A DNA stretch of 64,000 nucleotides from Longimicrobiales bacterium (lineage in GTDB: Bacteria; Gemmatimonadota; Gemmatimonadetes; Longimicrobiales; RSA9): positions 18,368 to 82,367 of the forward strand of contig DATHUY010000004.1 of the NCBI GenBank assembly GCA_035461765.1, read 5' to 3'. Position 1 is the stretch's first letter. Each line of letters starts with the position of its first letter. Both the position numbers and the translations under genes were made by a program. The notes under the pieces are model-generated. The model had not been told where the DNA came from and did not search any database. It saw only the letters and a list, made by a program, of their open reading frames with translations. Below are positions 43,754-53,121 of the stretch, in pieces.

Positions 43754-45658
43754 ATGCGATTCAACATTCTGGCAATTGCCGTCGTCAGCGCGGCGCTGCC
43801 CGCAGTGCAGCTGGCGCCCGTCGCAACGTCGCAGCTCCACGCGCAGGTGACGCCGCGCCATGACGTGCCGCCGCCGCGGCAGACGCAGCGCCCCCCGCTC
43901 CACGGGTCGGAGTGGGTGGCAGTGACCGGCAAGCCGCTCGGGGCGGCGGCCGGCGCCATGATCTTTCAGCAGGGCGGCAACGCCGTCGACGCAGCGGCCG
44001 CCATGCTCGCTGCTACCGCCACCATGTGGGACGTCCTGTCGTGGGGCGGCGAGACACAGGCGCTGATCTACAATCCGGACACCAGGCAGGTGATCGGCAT
44101 CAATGCGCTCGGCGTCGCACCGACAGGCGCGACCGTCGAGTACTATCGGTCGCAGGGCTACAACTATCCACCGGAGTACGGCCCGCTCGCTGCCATCACG
44201 CCGGGCACGCCCGGCGGCCTGATGGTCATGCTCGCGGAGTACGGCACCATGTCGCTCGCGCAGGTGCTCGCGCCCGCGATCCGCCTCGCGGACGGCTATC
44301 CCATCGAGGCGCAGACGGCCAACTCGATGGAGAACAACAAGGACCAGATCAAGAACTGGCCGTACTCTACCACCGTATTTCTGCCGCACCTCGGACAGGA
44401 ACGCGAGGCGCCGGAGCCGGGGGAGATGTTCCGGCAGGCGGACCTCGCCGCAACACTTCGCAAGCTCGTCGAGGCGGAGCAGAACGCACTGCGTGCGGGC
44501 AAGTCGCGCAAGGATGCGATACAGGCCGCGTACGACCGCTTCTACCGCGGCGACATCGCGGAGGAGCTGGTCCGCAGCACGCGCGAGCAGGGCGGCCTCT
44601 TCACAATGGAAGATCTCGCCACCTGGGAAGTGAAGATCGAGGAGCCGCTCTCCGTCAATTACAAGGGCATCGACGTCTACAAGCTCCAGCAGTGGCAGCA
44701 GGGGCCTGTGATGCTGCAGGCGCTGAACATAGCCGAAACGCTCGATCTCAAGTCGCTCGGCTACAACACGCCCGAGTACATGCACACGATCTACCAGATC
44801 ATGAATCTGGCGTACGCCGACCGCGACTTCTATTACGGCGACCCAGCATTCCCGCCGGAGGAGCCGATGCGCGGCCTGCTGTCGAAGGAGTACGCGCGCG
44901 AGCGAGCGAAGCTGATCGATCCGGAGCGCAACGACACCACCATCAAGCCCGGTGACCCCTATCCGTTCCAGGGCGGAACGAACCCGTTCAGGGAGCTGCT
45001 GGACAAGTGGCCGCCACCGCCGAAGCCGGTGCGCATCGCGGCCGCCAGCGACAGAAGCTGGGAGGACGCGTTCTACGCGGGCACGACGTCGATCCAGGCG
45101 GCCGACTCATCAGGCTGGGTCGTTTCGATCACGCCCAGCGGCGGCTGGATCCCCGCTGTGATTGCCGGACGCACGGGCGTCGGCTTGAGCCAGCGCGCAC
45201 AGCAGTTCGTGCTCGACCCCGCGGAGAACCCGTTCAACGTGATGGAGCCGGGGAAGCGTCCGCGTGTCACACTTACGCCGACACTCGCGCTGCGCGACGG
45301 CCTGCCGATGATGGCGTTCTCGGTGCAGGGAGGCGACTCGCAGGATCAGAACCTGCTCCAGTACTTCCTGAACGTCGTCGAGTTCGACATGACGCCGCAG
45401 CAGGCGGCCGAAGCGCCGAACATCAACTCGTTCCAGATGCGCAACTCGTTCGACGACCACAGCGCGCAGCCGGGCCGCATGCTCGTGCCCGCGGCCGCCG
45501 GACCCGAAGTGCGCGCCGCACTGGAGCGCATGGGCTATTCACTGCGCTTCTCCCAGCGCACGTCCGGGCCGATCACTGCGATCTGGTTCGACCGCGAGCA
45601 CGGCACGATGTGGGGTGCGGCCAGCAACTTCGGCGAGGACTACGGCATCGCCTGGTAA
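43754..45658 (+). CDS. ggt: gamma-glutamyltransferase
   Basis: Lies in ORF 43619..45658 with ATG at 43754 (MRFNILAIAVVSAALPA). Contains GGNAVDAAAAMLAATATMWDVLSWGGE. The autoprocessing/nucleophile site is FYAGTTSIQAAD. SGGWIP and GGDSQDQ motifs are present. Confidence 0.9.
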   Translation: MRFNILAIAVVSAALPAVQLAPVATSQLHAQVTPRHDVPPPRQTQRPPLHGSEWVAVTGKPLGAAAGAMIFQQGGNAVDAAAAMLAATATMWDVLSWGGETQALIYNPDTRQVIGINALGVAPTGATVEYYRSQGYNYPPEYGPLAAITPGTPGGLMVMLAEYGTMSLAQVLAPAIRLADGYPIEAQTANSMENNKDQIKNWPYSTTVFLPHLGQEREAPEPGEMFRQADLAATLRKLVEAEQNALRAGKSRKDAIQAAYDRFYRGDIAEELVRSTREQGGLFTMEDLATWEVKIEEPLSVNYKGIDVYKLQQWQQGPVMLQALNIAETLDLKSLGYNTPEYMHTIYQIMNLAYADRDFYYGDPAFPPEEPMRGLLSKEYARERAKLIDPERNDTTIKPGDPYPFQGGTNPFRELLDKWPPPPKPVRIAAASDRSWEDAFYAGTTSIQAADSSGWVVSITPSGGWIPAVIAGRTGVGLSQRAQQFVLDPAENPFNVMEPGKRPRVTLTPTLALRDGLPMMAFSVQGGDSQDQNLLQYFLNVVEFDMTPQQAAEAPNINSFQMRNSFDDHSAQPGRMLVPAAAGPEVRAALERMGYSLRFSQRTSGPITAIWFDREHGTMWGAASNFGEDYGIAW

Positions 45659-45666
45659 AGATGGTC

Positions 45667-45740
45667 GGCGGTATCCACCCTCCGCTCAGACAGTCCTCGG
45701 CGCTGCGCGCCTGCGGAACTCGCGGAGGGCGGATACCGCC
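45667..45740. repeat. Hairpin repeat family 1, complete copy with compensatory arm changes
   Basis: GGCGGTATCCACCCTCCG (45667-45684) / CGGAGGGCGGATACCGCC (45723-45740). The loop CGCTCAGACAGTCCTCGGCGCTGCGCGCCTGCGGAACTCG is nearly identical to the loop of the 7597-7676 copy. Starts 9 nt after the ggt stop. Confidence 0.85.
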
Positions 45741-45819
45741 TCCCTTGTCTGGTGGGGCAGGGGACGGGGGGGCGCGCGCTCCGCTGGGACAGTCTCCGCG
45801 CTGCGTGCCTGGTCGGATC

Positions 45820-45905
45820 GGCGGTGTTCACCCGGCGCTCGGACAAGTCCTCGTCGCGTCACTGGCGCGCCGCTCCTGCGGAGCTCGCGACGGACGATCA
45901 CCGCC
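45820..45905. repeat. Hairpin repeat family 1, degenerate copy
   Basis: GGCGGTGTTCACCCGGCGCTCGGACAAGTCCTCGTCGC matches copy 7554-7593 with 1 substitution and a 1-nt insertion. The right side ..CTCCTGCGGAGCTCGCGACGGACGATCACCGCC is diverged. A further fragment (CGCTGGGACAGTCTCCGCGCTGC) lies at about 45780-45803. Confidence 0.7.
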
Positions 45906-46135
45906 GATCCTCTGCATTGGGGACGGGGTGTCGCGCTACTGCCGGGGGACAGAGTACCGCGGCAGAGAGGCGGCGCGTGGGGGGCGGCGGACGTCAGATT
46001 AGCCCCGCGGCCGTCGGCACGGCGGCTGGGGCCTGGTTGCCGTCGCACGGCGCCGTCGCGTTTACCCCGAGGCCCTCAGCAGGGCGGCCTGGGGCACGAT
46101 TGACTTATCAACGCCACGCTACAACGGCAAACCGC

Positions 46136-48481
46136 TCACCGCTCGACGAGCCGCTCCAGCAGATCACGCTTCCGTCGCACGCGTGGCTGCAGCTCAGGAT
46201 CGGCGTCTTTCCAGAGCGCGATGAACAGCCCCGCGTAGTTGCGCGCCGCCTCGAGGTCGCCGGCCGCCTCATACAGCTCGGCGAGGCTCTCATACGCGGG
46301 CGCGAGCTCCCACGCGTCGTCAGTGATGCGGTCCATTGCGGTCGCATCGATGTAACGACGGTAGTAGAGGATGGCTGAGTCCGGCATCTCGGCGACGCGG
46401 AACGCCGATGCGAGCGTCGCCAGCCCGCAGAAATCGCACGAGCCGTAGTCCGCCGCCTCGCGGAACCGCTGGACCGCATCGGCCGGTCGGTTCTCCGCCA
46501 TTGCGATCCAGCCCAGGGCGGTCGGCAATATCCAGTTGCCGTCGCCTCGGTCGGATTCCGGCAGATCCTGCCACTCCGCGATCAGCCGCCGCGCCTTGGC
46601 AGGTTGGCCAGTCGCGGCATATCCCTGGGCCACTTCCAGGTAGCCGCGCGTGGCGGGCGGCGTCTCGCGCCACAGGTCGCTCGCGAGGATGCCGTCGAGC
46701 CGGCGGAGCGCGGCTTCGGGCTTCTGCAGCACCCACGCGTCGAGCCCCGCGAGCGTGCCCTCGTGCCACAGGCCGGCCTGGGAGATGCCGCGGGCGCGGT
46801 TGGCCGCCAGGCTCTCCTCGTACAGCCGGCGCGCCTCGCCCAGGCGACCCAGCATCTGCGTCAGTCCGGCGAGCGTGAACGTGGACCGCGCCCGCCACAC
46901 GTCCGAATCGCGGCTGTCGTCGACGAGCTGGCGCAGGATGCGCTCCGCTTCTTCGTAGTTACCCTCCGCCTGCGCCAGTCCGGCAGCGAACGCGCGATTG
47001 TCGCGCTGGTCGGGGAACCGCTCTGACGCGGCGTCGAGGAGCGAGCGCGCCTCCGCGGTATTGCCGCGGTAGTATTCCGTGAGCGCGAGGTTCGTCCACG
47101 AGCTCGGCACGAAGGAATCGACGGCGATCGCGCGGTGATAGTATTCGGCAGCGCGATCCTGGTCGCGGATGCGGCCGTACGCGAGCGCGATGTTGTTCAG
47201 CGCGGTGTGATCGTCAGGGTACGTGTCGAGCAGCGTACGGTAGGCGTTGATCGCCGCGGTATTGTCGGGTCCGACGTTCAGGTGGTACAGGGCGATGGTG
47301 TGATAGCGCTCGCGTTCCGTGAGCCGGTCGCGATGCTCGTACGCCATGCGCGTAGCATGTGCGAGTCGGTCCCGTCCCGCGCGCGCATTGTTGTAACCGA
47401 CCGCCAGCTTGCGCCACGCCATCGCGAACGTGCTGTCCTCCGCAACAGCCTCCTGCAACAGGCGGATGCCGCGATCGTAATCCCGCTCCATATCCAGCGC
47501 ATGTGTCCCCTGCGTGTAGAGCTCGAGCGCGCGCAGTGACGCGGTGGTCACTGCCTCGAGCGGCGCGTCCGCACGCACGGTGCGCAGTGATTCGCCGATC
47601 CGCTCGCGCAGCTTCCGTGACATGCGGTCGATCGCGGGGATCACATCCGCTTCACCATCCGCCGTTTCGCGATGGGATATCAGCAGCTCACCGGTCCCGG
47701 CGTGGAGCAGTCGAGCGGTGATGATCGAGCCCGAGCCGGCGGGCGTGATCTCGCCTTCCAGTACCGCCTTCGCGCCCTCCCGTATGGCCACCTCGCGCGC
47801 GAGTGCGCCGGTCAGCCGCGCGTCGCGCGGGCGCCCCATGCGCTGGAGCGCATCGCCGAGGAACCGTGACTCGAGCACGGTGACCACAGGCGACTGGGCG
47901 AGGTCTACGCGGAGCGCTTCGGTGACGGCAGCAGCGGTCACGGTATCGCCGGACGCATGCTCCAGCTGTGCGATGATGATGCGGTCGCGCGCATCCATCG
48001 CTCCCGACGTGATGAGCGACGCAAAGCCCGGCACGCCGGCATTGCGGAGCCCGATGTAGCCGCCCGCCGTGAGGCCGAGCATCAGAAACGCGACCAGGCC
48101 CGCGAGTACCGACCGCTGCCAGGTGAGGAACGCGTGCGGCCGCGCGGGCGTGAGCAGTGCAGTCCCGCCCGCTCTGCGTTCTGCCGGCTGCGGGTCGAGA
48201 CCGGGCACCAGCGTCGGGTCGGCCGGTCCGACCTCCTCCGGTCGGTCGAACACCGACTGCCCGGGCAGCCCCTCCTGCACGATCGCCGTTGCGATCACGA
48301 TCGGCAGTCCAATCAGGAAAAGCACGATGGCGAAGCCCGGCACCCAGTCGGGCAGCCCCATTCGCGTGGTTACTTCAGCGATGATCTCGTAGATCGCCCA
48401 TGAACCGAACAGATAGACACCGAGGACCTGCCACAGGGAGCGGCGGTGCATCTCGATGATGAGAGACCTGATGCGCTGCAT
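46136..48481 (-). CDS. membrane-anchored TPR-repeat protein
   Basis: Lies in ORF 46136..48535 with ATG at 48481 (MQRIRSLIIEMHRRSLWQVLGVYLFGSWAIYEI). Two TM segments are followed by a periplasmic alpha/beta domain and about 10 TPR-like repeats (e.g. AIAVDSFVPSSWTNLALTEYYRGN). Confidence 0.78.
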   Translation of the reverse strand: MQRIRSLIIEMHRRSLWQVLGVYLFGSWAIYEIIAEVTTRMGLPDWVPGFAIVLFLIGLPIVIATAIVQEGLPGQSVFDRPEEVGPADPTLVPGLDPQPAERRAGGTALLTPARPHAFLTWQRSVLAGLVAFLMLGLTAGGYIGLRNAGVPGFASLITSGAMDARDRIIIAQLEHASGDTVTAAAVTEALRVDLAQSPVVTVLESRFLGDALQRMGRPRDARLTGALAREVAIREGAKAVLEGEITPAGSGSIITARLLHAGTGELLISHRETADGEADVIPAIDRMSRKLRERIGESLRTVRADAPLEAVTTASLRALELYTQGTHALDMERDYDRGIRLLQEAVAEDSTFAMAWRKLAVGYNNARAGRDRLAHATRMAYEHRDRLTERERYHTIALYHLNVGPDNTAAINAYRTLLDTYPDDHTALNNIALAYGRIRDQDRAAEYYHRAIAVDSFVPSSWTNLALTEYYRGNTAEARSLLDAASERFPDQRDNRAFAAGLAQAEGNYEEAERILRQLVDDSRDSDVWRARSTFTLAGLTQMLGRLGEARRLYEESLAANRARGISQAGLWHEGTLAGLDAWVLQKPEAALRRLDGILASDLWRETPPATRGYLEVAQGYAATGQPAKARRLIAEWQDLPESDRGDGNWILPTALGWIAMAENRPADAVQRFREAADYGSCDFCGLATLASAFRVAEMPDSAILYYRRYIDATAMDRITDDAWELAPAYESLAELYEAAGDLEAARNYAGLFIALWKDADPELQPRVRRKRDLLERLVER

Positions 48482-48577
48482 GGTGTTCCGCGGCTGGGGG
48501 ATGGCTGGCAGGCAACCATTCCCAAGATGCCGCACGCCGGCCGATGCTGCAAGCGACCCGTTCGCCGGGCGCCGACG

Positions 48578-49447
48578 CTACGCCAGCGCCTGCAGCCCCG
48601 ACTTCAGGTGCAGGTCGCGCTGTGGGAACGGGATCTCGATGCCCTCCCTGCGGAACGCGGCGTCGATCGCAAAGCGGACGTCGCTCGCGACGCGGTTCTG
48701 ATCGCGCGCTTCACTGATCCAGAAGATGAGCACGAAGTCGAGCGACGATTCTCCGAAGTCATTGAACAGCACCGTCGTCTCCTCGGGCCGCACCACCTCC
48801 AGCTGTTCGGCGGCCACTGCCATTAGCGTGCGTCGCACCTGTTCCGTGTTGGAGCCGTACGCCACGCCGACGTTCACGCGCACCCGTACGAAGCGGTCGG
48901 CGTACGTCTGGTTCACGACCGGTTCCGTGATGAACTGGCCGTTCGGCACGAGGATGTCGACATTGTCGATCGTCGTGATGACAGTCGCGCGGCTGTAGAT
49001 GGAGCGGACCGTGCCGCGTGTCTCCCCGACCTCCACGAAGTCGCCCTGCTTCACCGGCCGCTCGATCAGCAGGATGATGCCGCTCACGAAGTTCTGTGCG
49101 ATGTTCTGGAGACCGAAGCCGATGCCCACGGCGAGGATCGCACCGAGACCTGCCAGCGCAGTGATCGAGAAGCCGAGGTTGTCGAGCGCAACGAAGATCC
49201 CGACCGCCAGCACAGTGTAGTGCAGCAGCCGGTTCATCGCGTACTGCACTCCCTGCTCGATACCGCGCCGCTGGTAAGCGCGGGACAGCACCCGCTGCAG
49301 AATACCCGAGATTGTCAGCGTGACGACGATGACGAGGAGCGCCGCTACGATCGATGCGATCGTGACGTCCGTCCCGCCAATCGTGAAGAGCCGCTCGTCG
49401 AAGCGTGGAGCAAGACCTTCGATGTCCAGCGTCTGCAGAAACCACAT
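48578..49447 (-). CDS. mechanosensitive ion channel (MscS family)
   Basis: ALAGLGAILAVGIGFGLQNIAQNFVSGIILLIERPVKQGDFVEVGETRGTVRSI is the MscS TM3/beta-domain signature. ATG 49447 is preferred over GTG 49456. Confidence 0.85.
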   Translation of the reverse strand: MWFLQTLDIEGLAPRFDERLFTIGGTDVTIASIVAALLVIVVTLTISGILQRVLSRAYQRRGIEQGVQYAMNRLLHYTVLAVGIFVALDNLGFSITALAGLGAILAVGIGFGLQNIAQNFVSGIILLIERPVKQGDFVEVGETRGTVRSIYSRATVITTIDNVDILVPNGQFITEPVVNQTYADRFVRVRVNVGVAYGSNTEQVRRTLMAVAAEQLEVVRPEETTVLFNDFGESSLDFVLIFWISEARDQNRVASDVRFAIDAAFRREGIEIPFPQRDLHLKSGLQALA

Positions 49448-49518
49448 GCCAGGCACCTCGCGCCAAGTGGGAGTGAATGGACAGTATCAGGATTCGACTT
49501 CGAATCAGGTCGCGGTCG

Positions 49519-51114
49519 TCACCAGGTGAATGCGGTCTCTGCGGTGCGCGCCACAAGCTCCTCCTGTACGACGGCCGCCCTGGCCTCCGGCAGGAACGGG
49601 ATGACCACGCCGCCGTGTGCGCCGGCGGTGTCTGCCCGCACGCGCGCCATGCCCGCCCGCATGTCCAGCGGACTCCGGCCCTGGGCCGTCACCTGGACAC
49701 GGTTGTATCGTGCGATCCTGATCGTGCGCGTGAATGAACCATCGCGGACGATGATGGAGTCGCTCGTCAATGACCAGGCGAGGTTCTTCACGCGGAGTCG
49801 TGCGCGGACGAGCGTGTTCACCAGCAACAGCCCGAACAGGGCGATCGCCCACTCCTGCACGAAAATGAACGCGACCGCGGACAATGCGACGGGCCAGAAC
49901 AGTGAGCCCCGCACCATGCGGCCGAACGCCCGCGGATGTACCGGCTGCCATTCGACGGAGTCGAGATCCAGTCCCGGCTGGAGCACACGCAGCAGAGCGG
50001 GCACCTGATCCTCCGGGATGATGGGCGCGATCGGTTCGCGTTGCGGTGCTCCGGGTATGTCCGTCATGCCGCCGGCCGTCTCGATCGCTACCTGGCGTCT
50101 GCCGAGCAGGCGGTGCAGCATGCGATCGCGGACGATGATCGTCTGCACGCGACGCAGCGGTATCGTCGCGGTGACGCGTGTGAGCAGGCCGTAGGCCGTG
50201 TTCAGGTCGTCGCCCATGCGCTCCAGTCTGAACTCGTGAAGCCGCACCAGCGCCCATACGGTCGAGAGCAGGCGGATCAGTAGCAGCGCCACGAGCAGTG
50301 CCGCGGCCAGGTATACCGCACCCTGCATTACCGGCACTCCGCCATCACCCAGCCAGCGCGCGGCCACGGTACGGAGCGAGCCGTCCTCCGTGTCGATCAG
50401 TCGTTCGACGACGCGATTCGTGGCGCCGGCCTGCTCGAGCAGCGCGAGCGCGCCCAGGATGAGGACCATCCCGCGGTTCTCGATGAAGCCGGCGAGGATG
50501 AGGTCGCGTGGTGACAATGCCAGCAGCGTCTGTCGCGTGTGTGCATCGTGTACGCCGGCCGCGCCGGGCGTCGCCCGTGCTGCGTCTGAGACTGCGCCGG
50601 GCGCGGGTTGTTCTGCGTCGGACGACACCCCGGGGGTGGCGTGCGCATCGGCGGCCGCCGCGCGGGCACCGCCTGCCTCCATCACGCGCGTGCGCATCTC
50701 CTCGAGCGCGGCGAGCGGAAGCACGCGCAGCGACGCCTCCGGCTCGACGCCACTGCCGGTCTGCACGAAAACCTCTGTTACGCCCAGCAGCCGCTGCACC
50801 ACGTTCTGTGACGCGTCCAGGTTCTGGATGCGAACGTAGGGTATGCTGCGCTCGTTGCGGACCAGCACGCCCGAGCGGATTACCAGGTCGCGCTCATCGT
50901 AGCGGTACGTGTAGCGGAGGTGTCGGGCGACGGCGATCAGTGCCACGACAGCGGCGACCGCCGCCGCGATGAGCAGGACGACCAGCGCCTTCCGCTGTTG
51001 TGGCGCGGTGAACAGCAGTACGACGAACGGGAGGAGCATGCGCGGCAGCAGCTGCCCCATGTGGAGGAGGATGCTGACGGGATGCAGCCGTCGCTCAGAT
51101 GACGTCGTCTTCAT
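49519..51114 (-). CDS. ydbT: YdbT-like membrane protein with three bacterial PH (bPH_2/DUF304) domains
   Basis: RRLHPVSILLHMGQLLPRMLLPFVVLLF, followed by a repeated TM-pair plus PH-like module three times (..VRIQNLD.., ..LRRVQTIIV.., ..IARYNRVQVT..). The start is uncertain (ATG 51114 or 51150). Confidence 0.75.
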   Translation of the reverse strand: MKTTSSERRLHPVSILLHMGQLLPRMLLPFVVLLFTAPQQRKALVVLLIAAAVAAVVALIAVARHLRYTYRYDERDLVIRSGVLVRNERSIPYVRIQNLDASQNVVQRLLGVTEVFVQTGSGVEPEASLRVLPLAALEEMRTRVMEAGGARAAAADAHATPGVSSDAEQPAPGAVSDAARATPGAAGVHDAHTRQTLLALSPRDLILAGFIENRGMVLILGALALLEQAGATNRVVERLIDTEDGSLRTVAARWLGDGGVPVMQGAVYLAAALLVALLLIRLLSTVWALVRLHEFRLERMGDDLNTAYGLLTRVTATIPLRRVQTIIVRDRMLHRLLGRRQVAIETAGGMTDIPGAPQREPIAPIIPEDQVPALLRVLQPGLDLDSVEWQPVHPRAFGRMVRGSLFWPVALSAVAFIFVQEWAIALFGLLLVNTLVRARLRVKNLAWSLTSDSIIVRDGSFTRTIRIARYNRVQVTAQGRSPLDMRAGMARVRADTAGAHGGVVIPFLPEARAAVVQEELVARTAETAFTW

Positions 51115-51646
51115 CGGCCCGCAGCAGGTGCTCGCGTATTGCCATTGCACGATCGTGATCGAGCCCGTGCAACCGCACCAGTGCGTGTTTCGTTCCTGCC
51201 GTGAAGACGCTCAGTGTGCCGAGTCCGTGCATACGCTCGAGCGGGCCCTGCGACACATCGCTGTGCTGGATACGCGAGCGCGGCACGACGATGACGCTGC
51301 GCCATAGCACGCCGCGCCGTATCTCCAGCGCGCGCGCGCCCAGTCGCCAGGCGGCGTACCGATACGCCACGGCCGGCCAGATCTGGTTCACCGCCGCGAT
51401 CACGAGCATCGGTACGACCGCTGCCGCCACCGCCACTGCCACCGGCACGAACTCGAGCAGAACGGCAAAGAGCGTCGCTCCCGCGATCAGTAGTGCGTGC
51501 ACCGCCGTTTTCAGCCACCCGACCTGCCGCCGGTATGTGATCCAGCGCGGATCCAGGCTGTGCGCAACGCCGTCCGCCATCGAGCCGGCAGATGCCGGGT
51601 CGATGATGCCGCCGTATGAGGGAGCGGTTTCTGACACGTCTACCAC
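51095..51646 (-). CDS. ydbS: YdbS-like bPH_2 (DUF304) membrane protein
   Basis: GTG start 51646. Contains RWITYRRQVGWLKTAVHALLIAGATLF..YRYAAWRLGARALEIRRGVLWRSVIVVPRSRIQHSDVSQGPLERMHGLGTLSVFTAG. Overlaps the ydbT start. Confidence 0.78.
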   Translation of the reverse strand: MVDVSETAPSYGGIIDPASAGSMADGVAHSLDPRWITYRRQVGWLKTAVHALLIAGATLFAVLLEFVPVAVAVAAAVVPMLVIAAVNQIWPAVAYRYAAWRLGARALEIRRGVLWRSVIVVPRSRIQHSDVSQGPLERMHGLGTLSVFTAGTKHALVRLHGLDHDRAMAIREHLLRADEDDVI

Positions 51647-51866
51647 ATCATTCGCGGGAGAGCCTGTGATCGGAGGGTATCCTCGAGTGTAGCTGACTCA
51701 CGGTAACCTCACCCGCCGCGTCCTGACAATACGCGGGCCACCGGGAAATTCCCCACCGCCGCAACGTGAGTTGCCCGACTGACGGGGCACAGCCTTAACG
51801 ATATGGTTGTGCGCAGGACGCCCGCGGGCATCCTGAAATGTTCACCCGTCAACCGGATCTACAGCG

Positions 51867-52187
51867 ATGTCGTCTGCTGAACAGGCCGTACCGCGCGCCG
51901 CAGGCGCGCCCTATTTCGCCAGGCCCGGAATCGTCTTCATGCGCCGCATCATGCTGGCCGTGTTCATCGGCTGGACGGCGTTCTGGACATACAGCGCGTA
52001 CGGGATGGTGCGCGCGCATTCGAAGATCGGTACGGGCTCGTACGGCTCGACGATCGATGGCCACGAGATCTTCGAGTTCGTGTTCGTCGCGAGCCACTGC
52101 CTCGTGCGCTGGGCGCCGCTGGCCGTCCCGCTCTTCGGGTTCTGGCTCTGGACCGGCTGGCAGGCAAAGCGCGAGCCGCAGGTCTGA
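51867..52187 (+). CDS. small membrane protein, unknown function
   Basis: 106-aa ORF with two hydrophobic helices (IMLAVFIGWTAFWTYSAYGMV; WAPLAVPLFGFWLWTGW). No similarity recognised. Confidence 0.45.
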   Translation: MSSAEQAVPRAAGAPYFARPGIVFMRRIMLAVFIGWTAFWTYSAYGMVRAHSKIGTGSYGSTIDGHEIFEFVFVASHCLVRWAPLAVPLFGFWLWTGWQAKREPQV

Positions 52188-52231
52188 CCTGCGGCTCGCT
52201 CAGGCTCGTCGGTGTGACGATCAGCCAGCCG

Positions 52232-52519
52232 TCACACGGTGGCTGCCGCCTCCGCCGTAACGGGCTCGATGATGGAATGCACGCGCGTGATCACGTCGGC
52301 GGGGAAGCCGCCGCGGCGCGCGTGGGTGAGCAGCATCTCCTCATCCGGCGCCATGTACACGCAGTAGATCTTGTCATCCGTCACGTAGCTGTGGATCCAC
52401 TGGATGCTCGTACCGAGATCCGTCAGCACGGCGCACGACTTCTGCGCGATGCCCGTGAGCTGGTCCGCCGAGAACTGACCGGCGCCAGGCAGGTCGCGCT
52501 CGATCACGTATTTCGGCAT
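52232..52519 (-). CDS. DUF4242 (nickel-binding-like) small protein
   Basis: Lies in ORF 52232..52684 with ATG at 52519. MPKYVIERDLPGAGQFSADQLTGIAQKSCAVL..IQWIHSYVTDDKIYCVYMAPDEE is the DUF4242 pattern. Confidence 0.72.
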   Translation of the reverse strand: MPKYVIERDLPGAGQFSADQLTGIAQKSCAVLTDLGTSIQWIHSYVTDDKIYCVYMAPDEEMLLTHARRGGFPADVITRVHSIIEPVTAEAAATV

Positions 52520-52521
52520 GG

Positions 52522-53106
52522 TCAGCTCCCCGCAGGCGCGTAATCGCAGTTCACATCCGGGTTCCAGTCGGCGAACATGCCCGCCGGATTGTGCTTCCAG
52601 ATCCACGCGTGCAGCACCCAGAGGCCGAGTCCATCGTTGCGATGGAACTCGACGCCGTGCAGGACCGGCGCTACGTCGCCCCACGCCGCGATCGGTACCG
52701 CATACTCCACCGCCACCAGCCGCTGCCGCCCGTTTTTCTGCGGCTCGTACACGAGCAGCTCCGGCCCGAGATCCTGCGGCGTCAGCTCGTCCATCCGGTC
52801 CCAGTCGATGTAGTGCTGTCCCATGCCGCCCGTGCCCGGCAGCTCCATGCAGGGCAGGATCGGCTCGGACCAGCCTGCCGGGCCCGCAGCGTCAAAGTCC
52901 CTGAACTCGACCGTGGCCTGCCGCAGCTCCGCGAGCCACTTCCTGACCTCAGGGTCGGTGACGGGATTCACGTGCGAGCCATGTGCGGGTGCGAGCTCGA
53001 TCTCCGTCGCCAGGGGCGACGACTCGGCGCCGTCGCAGCCTGTGATCCCCGCCAGGACCAGCGCGGCCGGAGCGGTGAAACGATACAACGTCCTGCGTAC
53101 AGTCAT
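52522..53106 (-). CDS. lipoprotein, unknown function
   Basis: Lies in ORF 52522..53859. ATG 53106 gives MTVRRTLYRFTAPAALVLAGITGC. The stop is 2 nt from the DUF4242 start, suggesting an operon. Confidence 0.6.
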   Translation of the reverse strand: MTVRRTLYRFTAPAALVLAGITGCDGAESSPLATEIELAPAHGSHVNPVTDPEVRKWLAELRQATVEFRDFDAAGPAGWSEPILPCMELPGTGGMGQHYIDWDRMDELTPQDLGPELLVYEPQKNGRQRLVAVEYAVPIAAWGDVAPVLHGVEFHRNDGLGLWVLHAWIWKHNPAGMFADWNPDVNCDYAPAGS

Positions 53107-53121
53107 GTGACCTCCAGTGTG

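Noticed and set aside
45906-46135. Intergenic stretches checked for tRNA/tmRNA/riboswitch-like structures: 45906-46135, 51647-51866, 60712-60902, 34691-34932 and 9475-9557.
   Set aside because: I could not recognise cloverleaf features (no T-loop GTTCRANYC context, no acceptor/anticodon stems) or any known riboswitch consensus. Only a scan with tRNAscan-SE or Infernal could settle this.
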